Assembly: GCF_036588685.1 (NCBI RefSeq)
Contig: NC_086376.1
Span: forward strand, 26,412,001 to 26,476,000
Source of the DNA: Mytilus trossulus
Lineage: Eukaryota
Length of the DNA: 64,000 nucleotides
Reading direction: 5' to 3'
Shown piece by piece: positions 1 through 11,238 of the stretch. The translations under genes and the position numbers were made by a program. The notes beneath the pieces were generated by a model. The model was not told the DNA's origin and made no database searches. It worked only from the letters and a program-made list of their open reading frames with translations. Within the stretch, counting starts at the first letter, position 1; each line of letters begins with the position of its first letter.

Positions 1-607
1 ATTCGATAGGAAATTCAAAAGGACATGAAAAGTTTTAACCATTAATTTGTAATTATGACAGACTTATATTTTTGAAAAGGTTGGACGATGACTTATGATG
101 CCTATGTATATCCTCATTCTTTGGTCTTTGATGCCTATATCTCTTAATCTTTATATCGTTGAAAAGTTTGATGCTCGGTTAAAACAACTTTTGAGTTCTG
201 CTCTCTTTTTTCCGTTTCCTATTCACATTTTATTTCTTTCTAACTTTAAATTGCCCTGCATGCACCTAGTACAATCAGTCCAGACACTCACAAATTACAA
301 CTAGATTAAGTCGGTATAATGGCAATGCAGTAAACATTTAGCTTCAAAAAGTATATATTCGATGCACCATTAACATGTTTGCAACATACTTAACAATTAC
401 ACTAATATGCGTGACTAATGTGTAATCATAGAATCTGAGATTAAGCAGAGGAAAGCAACCTTGCAAGAACTTATTGATAAGAGACTTTCCGTTGTGAATT
501 TTCTTTACATATTGGAACTGTAAGATATCAGATGCGAGTAACAATAGGAAGCTTTTTAGGGAGTGGGCAGCGAACGAAATCATAATTGCACAAGTCATGT
601 CTTCTTT

Positions 608-665
608 GACTATTAATGACGTTAAAATACTAAATCCCTGTGATGTGTTTTAGTCGATTTTAGTC
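608..665 (+). promoter_or_regulatory. SECIS element (selenocysteine insertion sequence)
   Basis: Helix I GACTA/TAGTC; core ATGAC(616-620)/CGAT(655-658); 10-bp helix II GTTAAAATAC/GTGTTTTAGT; apical AAA 632-634. Confidence 0.75.
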
Positions 666-1137
666 TCTGATGCATGATTTTTTACTATTAATTGGTTTTG
701 GCTTTTAACTAGCTGTCAGTAACTGCGAGTACTCTCAAATCGTATTTTCTTGTTAATTCGACCTGTTGATACTGTTTATAATGCTTTTTTGTCATTTTTT
801 ATTTATATGGATCTTGGCTGTATACCAGCTTTGATTATTTGTAATATCTTCAATTTTTCACTTATTCTTACAACATTTGTATAAACTTCAAGATTATAAA
901 AAACCGGTTTTTTTCTAAAGTGAACATTGATTGGTTAAATATTTCTCAGTGTGTTTGAATTTGTTTGTTAGCCTTTTGGTCATGAATATTTGTCTCTAAT
1001 ATTTAAAAAACTGTGCATTTGTATTCAGATATCGCAGATCAAATTTATTCGTTCATTGTGTAATCATACGTTTTTTGATTGAGTTAAGTCTGCCAATTGA
1101 TATTTTATCGTATGTTTTTATATGTTGTGATGTTATG

Positions 1138-1239
1138 CTATTGTTTCAAAAAAAGGGAGAAGGTTTGGGCCCATTAAAACGTTTTATCCCGCTGCAAATG
1201 TTTGCACCTGTCCTAAGTCAGGAATCTGATGTACAGTAG
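1138..1239 (+). ncRNA. Twister-like motif, family A variant
   Basis: P2 GGGA/TCCC, GAAGG with loop TCCTAAGT, P3 TGCA/TGCA; cleavage-site TAA reads TTA. Confidence 0.62.
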
Positions 1240-2079
1240 TTGTCGTTTGTTTATGTAATATATACGTGTTTCTCGTTTCTCGTTTTGTTTATATAGATTA
1301 GACCGTTGGTTTTCCCGTTTGAATGGTTTTACACTAGTAATTTTGGGGCCCTTTATAGCTTGTTGTTCGGTGTGAGCCAAGGCTCCGTGTTGAAGGCCGT
1401 ACTTTAACCTATAATGGTTTAATTTTTAAATTGTTATTTGGATGGAGAGTTGTCTCATTGGCACTCACACCACATCTTCCTATATCTATCGTTATGTATG
1501 ATGTATCGCAAACATTGTTTATATTTGGTATATTTGTTGTTTTCCTTTTTTCAATTTATATTTCATTGAAATAAAATTGAACTGTTAAAACAAATTTCTT
1601 CATATTCTTATAAAATTTGTTTTTGAATATCTCTACGTTTAACGTTTCTTTGGGAAAATGTTCAATATTGAACTATATATAGGTTTTTATTTTAGTGTCT
1701 ATCAACCTTCAGTTTTATGAACTGTGTTGTCAAAAGTTTAAAATACTCTGATCGGTGATTATATAATATGAATCAAATTATTAGAACTGTTGCACTAGTA
1801 TACATTAAATAAAGTAAATATAACTATATACATATCGAGTTGAAGGACATAGTTTTTACGTGTAGGTGGTGGTTGGAAATACCAAGAAACCTATTGTATA
1901 TACTATCAAAGTAATACTGGAGGATTAAAGCACTTGTATATGCTAAATGGTAGCAAAAAGACATTAAATGCATACATAGCACTTTATTTATGAATTTAAA
2001 AATAGTGTATCTGTATAAAACACATTGACCATTTTCATAAATGTTACCAAACCGAAATCGGAGTAAGAGTTGTTACAAG

Positions 2080-2295
2080 GTTTGTTCTAATATGAGCAAC
2101 ACGACGGGTGTCACATGTGGATCAGAATCTGCTTACCCTTCGAAGCACTTGAGATCACCCAAGTTTTAATTGGGTTTATGTTGTTTCGTCCTTGATTGTG
2201 TTTTGTGTACTATTGTTTGTCTGTTTGTCTTTTGTAACCATGTCGTTGTCAGTTTGTTTTCGACTTGTTCTTCTGGTATATTTTGCCTCTCTTTC
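2080..2295 (+). repeat. 3'-end fragment of the Penelope-like family at 31.6-32.8 kb
   Basis: AGCAACACGACGGGTG...TCTGCTTACCCTTC...GAGATCACCC shared with the reverse complement of 31745-31845. Confidence 0.75.
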
Positions 2296-4540
2296 TCAAA
2301 TGTCTCTTCGTTTATGGATCATCGTTTTTATACCTATGCATAGATTACCTTTATTGAAGTTTACAATACCTTTCAGAATTTTAGGTGTTTAGTCATCCTG
2401 TCAAAGTTTTTGCAAAATACAATTAGTGTGGAAATTTCGTGAAAGCTCCTAAATACATTATCGCCCACATGTTTTTATGATATTCGATTGCCGTTTACAT
2501 GTTAACGGAGAGGGTAGTACATGTATGTATTGAATACATCGATATGGCAATAAATGAGAAGGCATCCCTTTTGGCACGTTGAATTCAAAATCCAAAAGCA
2601 TTATTTAACTACCATTTAACAGTGCAACGTAACATCTTGAAAAAACTTGAAAAATATATATACCGAATCAGAATTGATTTTATATCAACCATTTCACAGT
2701 ACTCAATATGTGCCAAATTGTTTGACAGGAGTGGTTCGATAACTCTCACGACTCTATTTTATAAGGCATACGTCAATACATGTCCAAAATTCTACTTTTT
2801 GTATTCACATCGGCAAAGTGTAAAATATTGTGTGTTGCTGAGATACTTACTATTATGAGTTTTGTAATAAGAGACTCACAACAATATCTATTCAGCTTTC
2901 TTAAAAAAAATGTGAATATTAATAATAAGCGTAGGATGATAACTTCAACTTGAGGAACAAAGAAATTAAAAAATATTATGTAACAGATATATTCAAATCC
3001 GATTTATGAGGAGACAGTCTTTTTTATTTACCTATATTTAAATTATAACATATACGTTTAGAAAAAATATTGAATCACAGCTGGTGCGTAATAGGAAGAT
3101 TGATGGTGCATTTGTAATGGAATAGTCTAATGCACACTTAATGATGGAGATGTATTATAACTTTTTGCACTGAGAAGATTGACAAGTAACAAAACTTGTA
3201 TTATGGGACCAATTAGATTCTTGACGGTCCACAAAACGTAAAGGATAGGTCCCACTCACTGTCTTACGATAGACATTAATTAATTTATAGTTGAGGACCT
3301 CTGTGTGACTGTGGGTAATACTAGTAAATGCTTTACCAAACAAACGTAAAATAGGATAAAACTAGGTGTGTCGATAGTGTATACTGCATCTCCCGTCATG
3401 CAATTTCAAATTAATCAATAGCAATAATATCAAAGGACGACAAGTGCACCAGTTTACATTATAAAATATGATTTGAATAGTTTTGATATAAATGGAGGTG
3501 GTCGGAAATCCAATGTTGTTTTTTGTTCAAAATCACATGACGTGTTTTCAGGCTTTCATAAATATTAATTATATTTTGAAATGTTCAAAGCATTATCATT
3601 AAATTTTCATTTATGTTATATACATAGTATATATACATATCTGAACTTTATTGCGCGTCTGGCGCGAATACATAATTTCAATCCTGGTATCTATGATGGC
3701 ATTTTCATTTGCATTTCTTTGTGTGAAGATGCAGTCTTTCGAACTGTCAAGTATTTTTGGCACCTCCTGTTATCCTTTTTAACAATCATTGCATATCAAT
3801 ATCAAAATTGTTTTAATATTTTAAACATCTCCTAGACCGAACACCTACATACCTTCATACTTAAATTAAGGTATAGCAAGAATAACCCCCTTCTGTCTCA
3901 ATAATTCAAGGAATATAAAAACCCAAATAATCGAACTAGATGTTTTAATTAACTGTGAATGCCCCATGAAGTCGTTCCTTTCAAATACTTTTTTTTATAC
4001 AATGTGTGTTGATTGCCACAGAATATTATTATATGAAACCTTCTCAACAGTATGTATCACCCTGAAATGCAGTTCGAACCAGTTGTCTATAGCTATATTT
4101 GAATCTGGTTGTGTTTTATATCCTTCAATACAGAAGACATATTCCTGATGTTTTAATGTATAATGAAGTGACAGAATCGAGTCTTGCAAGTTAAATTATT
4201 TGAAAAATGTTAAAGAAATAAAAGAGACATTGATAGCATGCAAAGGAAGTATTTGAAATATAAATAATTCAATAATTGCTTTACATTTCATAATGCCAAA
4301 AAATATTTGTGGTTGCTACCGCATAGTCTTTTACATTTATATTTAGGTCTAATGCTGGTAATTACTAACTTCTATATTATTTAAATATCTGTAAAAACGT
4401 GTAACAATTTGAAAACGAAACGTGCATTTACGTTAATGAGATGCAATCATTAAATTATATACTCTTTGAAATCTAATCAATTGTGATAATCTTTGATGTG
4501 TCAAGTCTATTTTAAATAATTAAAATACTTTGATCATACA

Positions 4541-4963
4541 TATAAAAAAGAAGATGTGGTATGATTGCCAATGAAACACCTATCCACAAGAGTCCAAAAT
4601 GACACAGACATTACCATCTAAAGATTATCGTACGGCCTTCACCAATGAACAAATCCCATACCGCATAGTCAGCTATAAAAAGCCCCGATATTACCATTTA
4701 AAACAATTCAAACGAGAAAACTAACGGCCTTATTTGCATTAAAAAATGAACCAAAAACAAATGTGTAACACATCAACAAACGACAACCACTGAATTATAG
4801 GCTCCTGACTTGGAACAGGCACCTACATAAATAATGTGGCGGGGTTAAACATGTAAGCGGGATCCCAACCCTCCCCCTAACCCGGTACAGTGGTATAATA
4901 GTACAACATAAGAACGAACTATAAAATCAGTTGAAAAAGGCTTAACTCATCAGATGGACAAAA
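4541..4963 (-). mobile_element. Family A repeat with twister-like motif (4787-4893)
   Basis: Absent from the paralogous site near 12040; shares terminus and internal motif with 1100-1489. Confidence 0.8.
4787..4893 (-). ncRNA. Twister-like motif, family A variant
   Basis: GGGG-GAGGG...TAACCCCGC, P3 ACAT/ATGT, CCTG-TTCCAAGT-CAGG, P5 CCACTG/CAGTGG. Confidence 0.65.
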
Positions 4964-4965
4964 TA

Positions 4966-5100
4966 ACATGTTCTTCAACTTCGTACATTATTTTACCTTT
5001 TTAACTTTTTTTCGATTTAAGCGCCCTGATGAGTTTTTTGTAGACGAAATGCGCGTTAGGCGTAAATACATAATTTAATCCTGGTATCTATGATGAGTTT
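4966..5100 (+). mobile_element. Degenerate retrozyme fragment with hammerhead remnant (5021-5063)
   Basis: CTGATGAG-TTTTTTGT-AGACGAAATGCGCGTT. Confidence 0.7.
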
Positions 5101-7229
5101 TTTTGTTTCTGTCTCATTGGTGTATACCCTACATTTTTGTATATTAATTTAGTTCTATTCTAACAAAATGCATAATATCTAATGATTTGAAAGTACTCAA
5201 TCATTATATAGTTAGTTCTTTTCATTAATACTATCAAATGGAACATGCAACTATCTAATTTTATTCTCTAAAATTTAATTATATATCCTTAAAATTAATA
5301 CATCCAAACACGCATTTCGTCTAAAATATTTGAAGAATCATTTGTGTAGCTCAAACTAAAATAATTGAAAGGTCAAAGCAATGAAAAACTATACCAGTTC
5401 ATTCGTTCGCAAACAATATTACAGGTTAGTAAAAGTAAAAGTTTGGTGGAAATGTTTTTTTTTAAACCATCTGTCGACATCCGTATGCAAACCAATCGTA
5501 TCCCTCTTCTAGCCATCGTGTGCGATTGTTAGTTCGAGGAAGTCTTATTAAACAAGAGCTCATGAATAAGAAGAGCAATAACTAGCATAATTCTTGAGTA
5601 TTACAATTCGCCATAAAGACAGTGTCTGCTCACTGAAATGTTACATATAAAGTGCTGATCTGCAGCATTTTCTATTCCATCATGAAATTGCCAGCGAGGG
5701 TTGGTTGAGAACTTAAGTCGGCTACCTCTAGCCTTTGTTGGTCTTGTATGTATTTTAAAAATTTATAAGTATTCCGTTCATATTGTATATTGCTAATCTT
5801 TTTGTCATAAAAGAAGCTTAAATTGAAATGAGTGGGAGAAAAGTTTTTTGTAATAGTAAAACAAGTCTTTTCCATCATTATCCTTTGCACCCCTGTACCA
5901 TATTGGTAATTCCTTTTAAGGAATAAAACCTTTGAAAACTTTTATATAAATCATATATAACTTACTCAAGGCTTTGTGGTATAAAGTGACACATGGCAGG
6001 AAAATTGTTTCCGATTTAGTTGTTTCTACGTTTAAAAGCACATTTATAACCTTTGCCAATAATACATGTGATGTGTGAAAAAAAAATTAGTGGCTAAAAT
6101 CCTTAATTGTTATTACAAATTAAAAAGATTTAAACTGATATTAGTTTGAGATATACATCAATGAAAAGACATTATATCGGCGATGACATTTTTTTCTAGT
6201 ACGCTGGTATATTTTTATGACTGAGGCATGCGATTTGTGCTTTATGAAAAACAAAAAACAGGTCCCGGTAAAACTTTCAAACAACAAAACGTGGGTTAAG
6301 TTATGAAGTATGATTGTTTTAATCGTTGTTCGATGACCTCTTTATCTAAAAAGTATAGAAACTATATAACTTTCATTTCAAACGACAAAATAAAATGTAG
6401 ACTATTAAAAATGAAATAAAATCATAAATAAAAAAAGCGGTCTTTTTTATAACACAATTTATGTATACTATTTTTCAATCATTCTTTATTGAATTAAAGT
6501 ACTTTTTACTCAGTTCCTGTCTCAATTTGTTTTCCTGTATTTTCTTTTCTTGGTAAATAAATAATGATTCGAAGAAATATTTTGTCTTATCCAGCTTGTC
6601 CTCCCTTTCCGAAAGACTGAATTGCCAGCCCGTCAAACTTGCCCTCCCTCTTCTTGAGCTCTCTTATAAAAAAGAAGATGTGGTATGATTGCCAATGAGA
6701 CAACTATCCACAAAAGACCAAAATGACACAAACATTAACAACTATAGGTCATGTCTGTTAGTTTTGTTTACAAGATAATGGAATTTGATGCGACTGTCAA
6801 ACAAGTGAGAGGTTAAGCTAGCTATAAAACCCGGTCTAATCCACAATTTTCTATATATTAAAGAAATGTCTATATAAAGTCTGAAATATTAGAGTTGTTA
6901 TCCATTCGTTTGATGTGTTTGAGCTTTTGATTTTCTCTTTTGAATACGGACTCTCTGTTATGAATTTTTCTCGGAGTTCAGTATTTTTGTGGTTTGATTT
7001 TTTTAACAAACCAGTTTAATACCTCTATATAATTACATTTTAAAGTATGATTCATTATTCTGATTGGCTTCACTGCAATCTCGCGTTATACCTTAATAAA
7101 CTTCATTACACAATAAAAATTTATCATTCATTATGACACGAGGTCCCACAATAAAGTGCAATTTGAATAAAAAAACCTTGATAAAAATCGTGTTTTCATG
7201 ATTCTAGCTATAAAATGTAATTATAATTA

Positions 7230-7360
7230 TTGAATGCTTCTTTTTGTAACTTCTTAGGGTGTGCACATTTTTAGAATGCAGCGCTCTTCCGCGTTTCATA
7301 CAGTATGTACTTCGGTCAACGCTTTTACACCCCAATGAAGTTACAAAAACAAGCATTCGA
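7230..7360. repeat. Imperfect palindrome (about 33-bp arms)
   Basis: GAATGCTT.TTTTTGTAACTTC...GAAGTTACAAAAA.AAGCATTC. Confidence 0.75.
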
Positions 7361-7938
7361 TTTTTAAATGTTACGGCGTTGTCCCAGGTCATTCATCATA
7401 ACAAAGTTGTTCCCCTTTACGAATGTTTACAAAATGGCGTATATTTTGTTTATTTCCAAACGTATATCAAGATTCGGTGATACTGTTGAAATATGGTTTA
7501 AACTTGCCATTATAAATTATGACCGTATGTTAAAGTCTCGGTTAATGTCTTCGTTTTGACTATCTTACTTGCATTTCTCTTTATTGGTAGATAAAAACTG
7601 AAACATCGAATAAATCACGTATCTAGACGCATTGATTACACAGAAATATCAAATAGGTTGGTGTCTTTTCTGGAGTTCAGTATCCATTTAATGCTTTAAA
7701 AAAGAGTCACTCAGCAATAAAAGTCTTGTTGTTATAACTAGATACTGATTTATTTTGTCACCGTAGTTATACTACAGCTGGGTTTTTTTTTGGTGTTTTT
7801 GTAAATAGAACATTTTACTACGAATCAATTGACACAATATGGTTTAATTTTTCCTTTATCGTTCAAATATTTTATATTTAACAGAAAAACAAACATAATT
7901 ATTTTCATAAAAAGGACTTTGATATTTTTTATAACTGT

Positions 7939-8494
7939 TAAAATTGAGAATGGAAATGGGGAATGTGTCAAAGAGACAACAACCCGACCAAAATAAAAAA
8001 CACAACAGCAGAAGGTCACCAACAGGTCTTCAATGTAGCGAGAAATTCCCGCACCCGGAGGCGTCCTTCAGCTGGCCCCTAAACAAATATATACTAGTTC
8101 AGTGATAATGAACGCCATACTAATTTCCAAATTGTACACAAGAAACTAAAATTTAAATAATACAAGACTAACAAAGGCCAGAGGCTCCTGACTTGGGACA
8201 GGCGCAAAAATGCGGCGGGGTTAAACATGTTTGTGAGATCTCAACCCTCCCCCTATACCTCTAACCAGTGTAGAAAAGTAAAAGCATAACAATACGCACA
8301 TTAAAATTCAGTTCAAGAGAAGTCCGAGTCTGAAGTCAGAAGATGTAACCAAAGAAAATAAACAAAATGACAATAATACATAAATAACAACAGACTACTA
8401 GCAGTTCACTGACATGCCAGCTCCAGACTTCAATTAAACTGACTGAAAGATTATGATTTCATCATATGAACATCAGGCACAATCCTTCCCGTTA
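7939..8494 (-). mobile_element. Family C repeat, 5'-truncated insertion with twister-like motif
   Basis: Near-identical inverted copy at 59791-60157; flanked by GTTAAA (7937-7942, 8491-8496); empty site at about 14452-14457. Confidence 0.88.
8176..8266 (-). ncRNA. Twister-like ribozyme, P5-permuted, best-preserved copy
   Basis: P5 GGTTAGAGGT/GCCTCTGGCC; P2 GGGG/CCCC; GAGGG; T^AA; GC; P3 CGCA/TGCG; P4 CCTG-TCCCAAGT-CAGG. Confidence 0.75.
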
Positions 8495-11194
8495 AATGCT
8501 TTACACCGTTAGTGAAGTTAATTTCGTAAGTATTGATATTACCCATTGATTTAAATCTTTCCAAAATCAACGTTATATGAACAATAGTTTAAAAAAAAAG
8601 AGGAATTTTGGCAAATGTTACGACTTCGCATGGTTGTAAATCCAGAAAAGCAATTTGAACCGGCATAAAATTTAGACATCTTTATTTGCATGCACTATAT
8701 AGATACTGCTGCTTAATGACTGTATGTCAACGATGGTATTGTGACGGGATAGCTTCCAACTCCTGGTCCTCATTTTAAGTTGACCGTTTATGGATTTGAG
8801 ACTTTAAGACAACATTGAGCCAATACATTTGTCGGTGATTTAAGATCAATAATTCAAATTCGTAAACATTTCTTTCTCAATTAAACAAAAGTTCCATAAG
8901 TATTAAATCCATATTCATTTTATAATTAGTATTTTGACAGCCATTTAGGCCAGGTTAACTTTACGTAATTTGTACGAGATTACCCCTAAATGTTTACCAT
9001 GAAAATTGTATCGCAGAAACATTGAAATTGTGATGTTTTAGTTTTTATAGGGAGTTCAATATTCTCCTTATGCTACAAAATATCCATTTCATTTAATCTT
9101 TGTCTATTTATCTTAATACCTGTCACTGTACGGTTGTTGTTGTTTACAATTAGAACTTTTCATTTAGATTTATTTACATGTGAAAATAGTGTTTATCTCC
9201 ATTCTAAATCTTACCCGAGATTCAGTCCGGAAGAAAAACATTATTAATTCGTCAATCATACATTAAACGGTGTTGTACTTTAACTGCTTGCAAGGATGAG
9301 TATGTTGACAACCACTGGGTCGATGCCACTGCTGGTGGAGGTTGTCTCTTATTTTATGAATGATCGTTTTTAGACCTTTATCGCAAGGCATAGAAGACCT
9401 TTATTGTATTTGGCTAAATTTTTCAGAATTTTAAATCATTCTTTTGAATTTCCACTTACAAGTGGCTACAACATACATTATCGGCCGGATATTTTTATCA
9501 TTTTAACTGGCGTTAAACAATTCAACGGTGTGGATGGAAGGCGTTGAGTGCATCTATATTGCAATAATTGAGAAGCTCTTTTAGACCCTTGTATTTGAAA
9601 ATTAAATAATATTATTAATCTGCCATATAAAATCCTTCAGATGATTACACGACATTAGTGTGTCGAAAATCAGTATATATATTCACAGTACTAGTTTACA
9701 GTCTGGAGATTGTCTTTCATAATGGTACAAGAGGTTAAAATTTCTTCAAACGAAGATGATGAAATTTAGACCATGCGTAAAATGGTTTGTTTATGTCCAA
9801 TTCATATATTTCGACCTATTTATTACATCAAAGTGACATCGCAAGAATTCTTGCTGCACTAAAACTTTGAAATTAAAGCAATTGTGTTTGAATAACTTCA
9901 TTATTTTGCATTCAGTTCGAGGGACAAATGTTGACACCTGGGGAACTTATGTTAGGCGAAATAAATATACGTGGACGTTTGTCATTTCTCCACTTTTGTG
10001 CCTTAAACATACATTTTTCCCAAAATGTGCTTTTTATCAAAAGAATTGGAAACAACACGTTATATAATTCAAGGCGTCCAACGCGATCTTCTGGATTTAC
10101 CTTTATCAATCGCTATCAAAGTCGAATATTTGAAAGTAACGAATGAATATAAAACTGAAACAGGAAATGTAATTAATGCGAAAGTATCTCCCAAAATAAT
10201 AACAAAGCGAACGCGAAAATACTGTTTATCGACAATATCAGGGTGTAATATCAAATCTTGAAAATTTTTAATTCTATGTTTACAGGTTAAGCTCGAATTG
10301 ATTTTATATCACCAACTTAACACTGTTGGGGTTTAGAAATCGTCTGTGCAAAGTTGTTTGACAGGAGTGGTTCAATTACTTTACGACTCTATTTTGTAAG
10401 GCATATGCAAATACATGTTGACAATTCTACTTTTTGTGCTCACATCAGCAAAGTGTCTGTTGAGACACTTACTACTATGAATTTTATAATAAAAGAATTT
10501 CAATGATAATAGGTTTTCTGAATATTAGTAATTAGCGTAGGATGTGAACTTTATCTTGAGAAATAAAGAAATTAAAGAATAGTTGGTACAATTGTATTCA
10601 AATCAGTACTATAATAAGAACAGGCTGTTTCTTTTACTGTAATCAGTGCTATAGTCCAATGAACATCTTAATGATGGATATATATTACAATAACTTCTTT
10701 CGTTAAGATGATTGACAAGTAATACAATTTGTGTAATTGGACCAAAAAAGATTCTTTACTAAGGTACCTACAAAAAAAAGTAATCGATAGAGTCCTCTCA
10801 TCGTCTTACAAATATATCTGTTCGCAAATTTAATGTCCTCTGTGTGACTTTTGGTGTTAATACTTTACCAGAAAAACGTCAAATAGAATAAAACTAGGTG
10901 TGTCGATAGTGTATAATGCATCTCCCGTCATGCGATTCAAAAAGCAATCACTAGCAATAATATCAAGGGACGAGAAGTGCACTGGTTTACATTATAAAAT
11001 ATAATTTGAATAGTTTTGATAATGAAGGTGGTCGGAAATCCCAGGTTTTTTTTTTAAATCACAAGACGTGTTTTCAGGCTTTCATGAATATTAATTATAT
11101 TCTGAAATTTTCAAAGCAATATCCCTAAAGTTTCATCTATATTATATTCACTTCAACTCCGTACTTGTTTGGCTTCATAAATATTTTGATATGA

Positions 11195-11238
11195 GCGTCC
11201 CTGATGAGTCTTGTGTAGACGAAACGCGCGTCTGGCGT
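11195..11238 (+). ncRNA. Type I hammerhead ribozyme in a retrozyme fragment (about 11150-11271)
   Basis: CTGATGA-GTCT..AGAC-GAAACGCGCGTC intact; closing pair of stem I mutated; fragment absent from the paralogous site near 3620. Confidence 0.85.

Larger units (their letters stand above)
575..1489 (+). mobile_element. Family A repeat, probable retroelement 3' portion: SECIS, twister-like motif, terminal segment
   Basis: Terminus GTTGTCTCATTGGCACTCACACCACATCTTC recurs at about 4545, 6670, 17281, 21715, 22527, 22607, 24450, 38530; left boundary uncertain. Confidence 0.7.
2671..9290 (+). repeat. Segmental duplication, copy 1
   Basis: Collinear with 10295-15410 (e.g. 2709/10345, 3360/10892, 4165/11685, 7502/14004, 9175/15295), interrupted by copy-specific insertions. 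Confidence 0.9.

Noticed and set aside
4925-4958. CTGATGA on the minus strand as a hammerhead or C/D box
   Set aside because: No GAAA or stem III, and not conserved in the homologous copy near 1078
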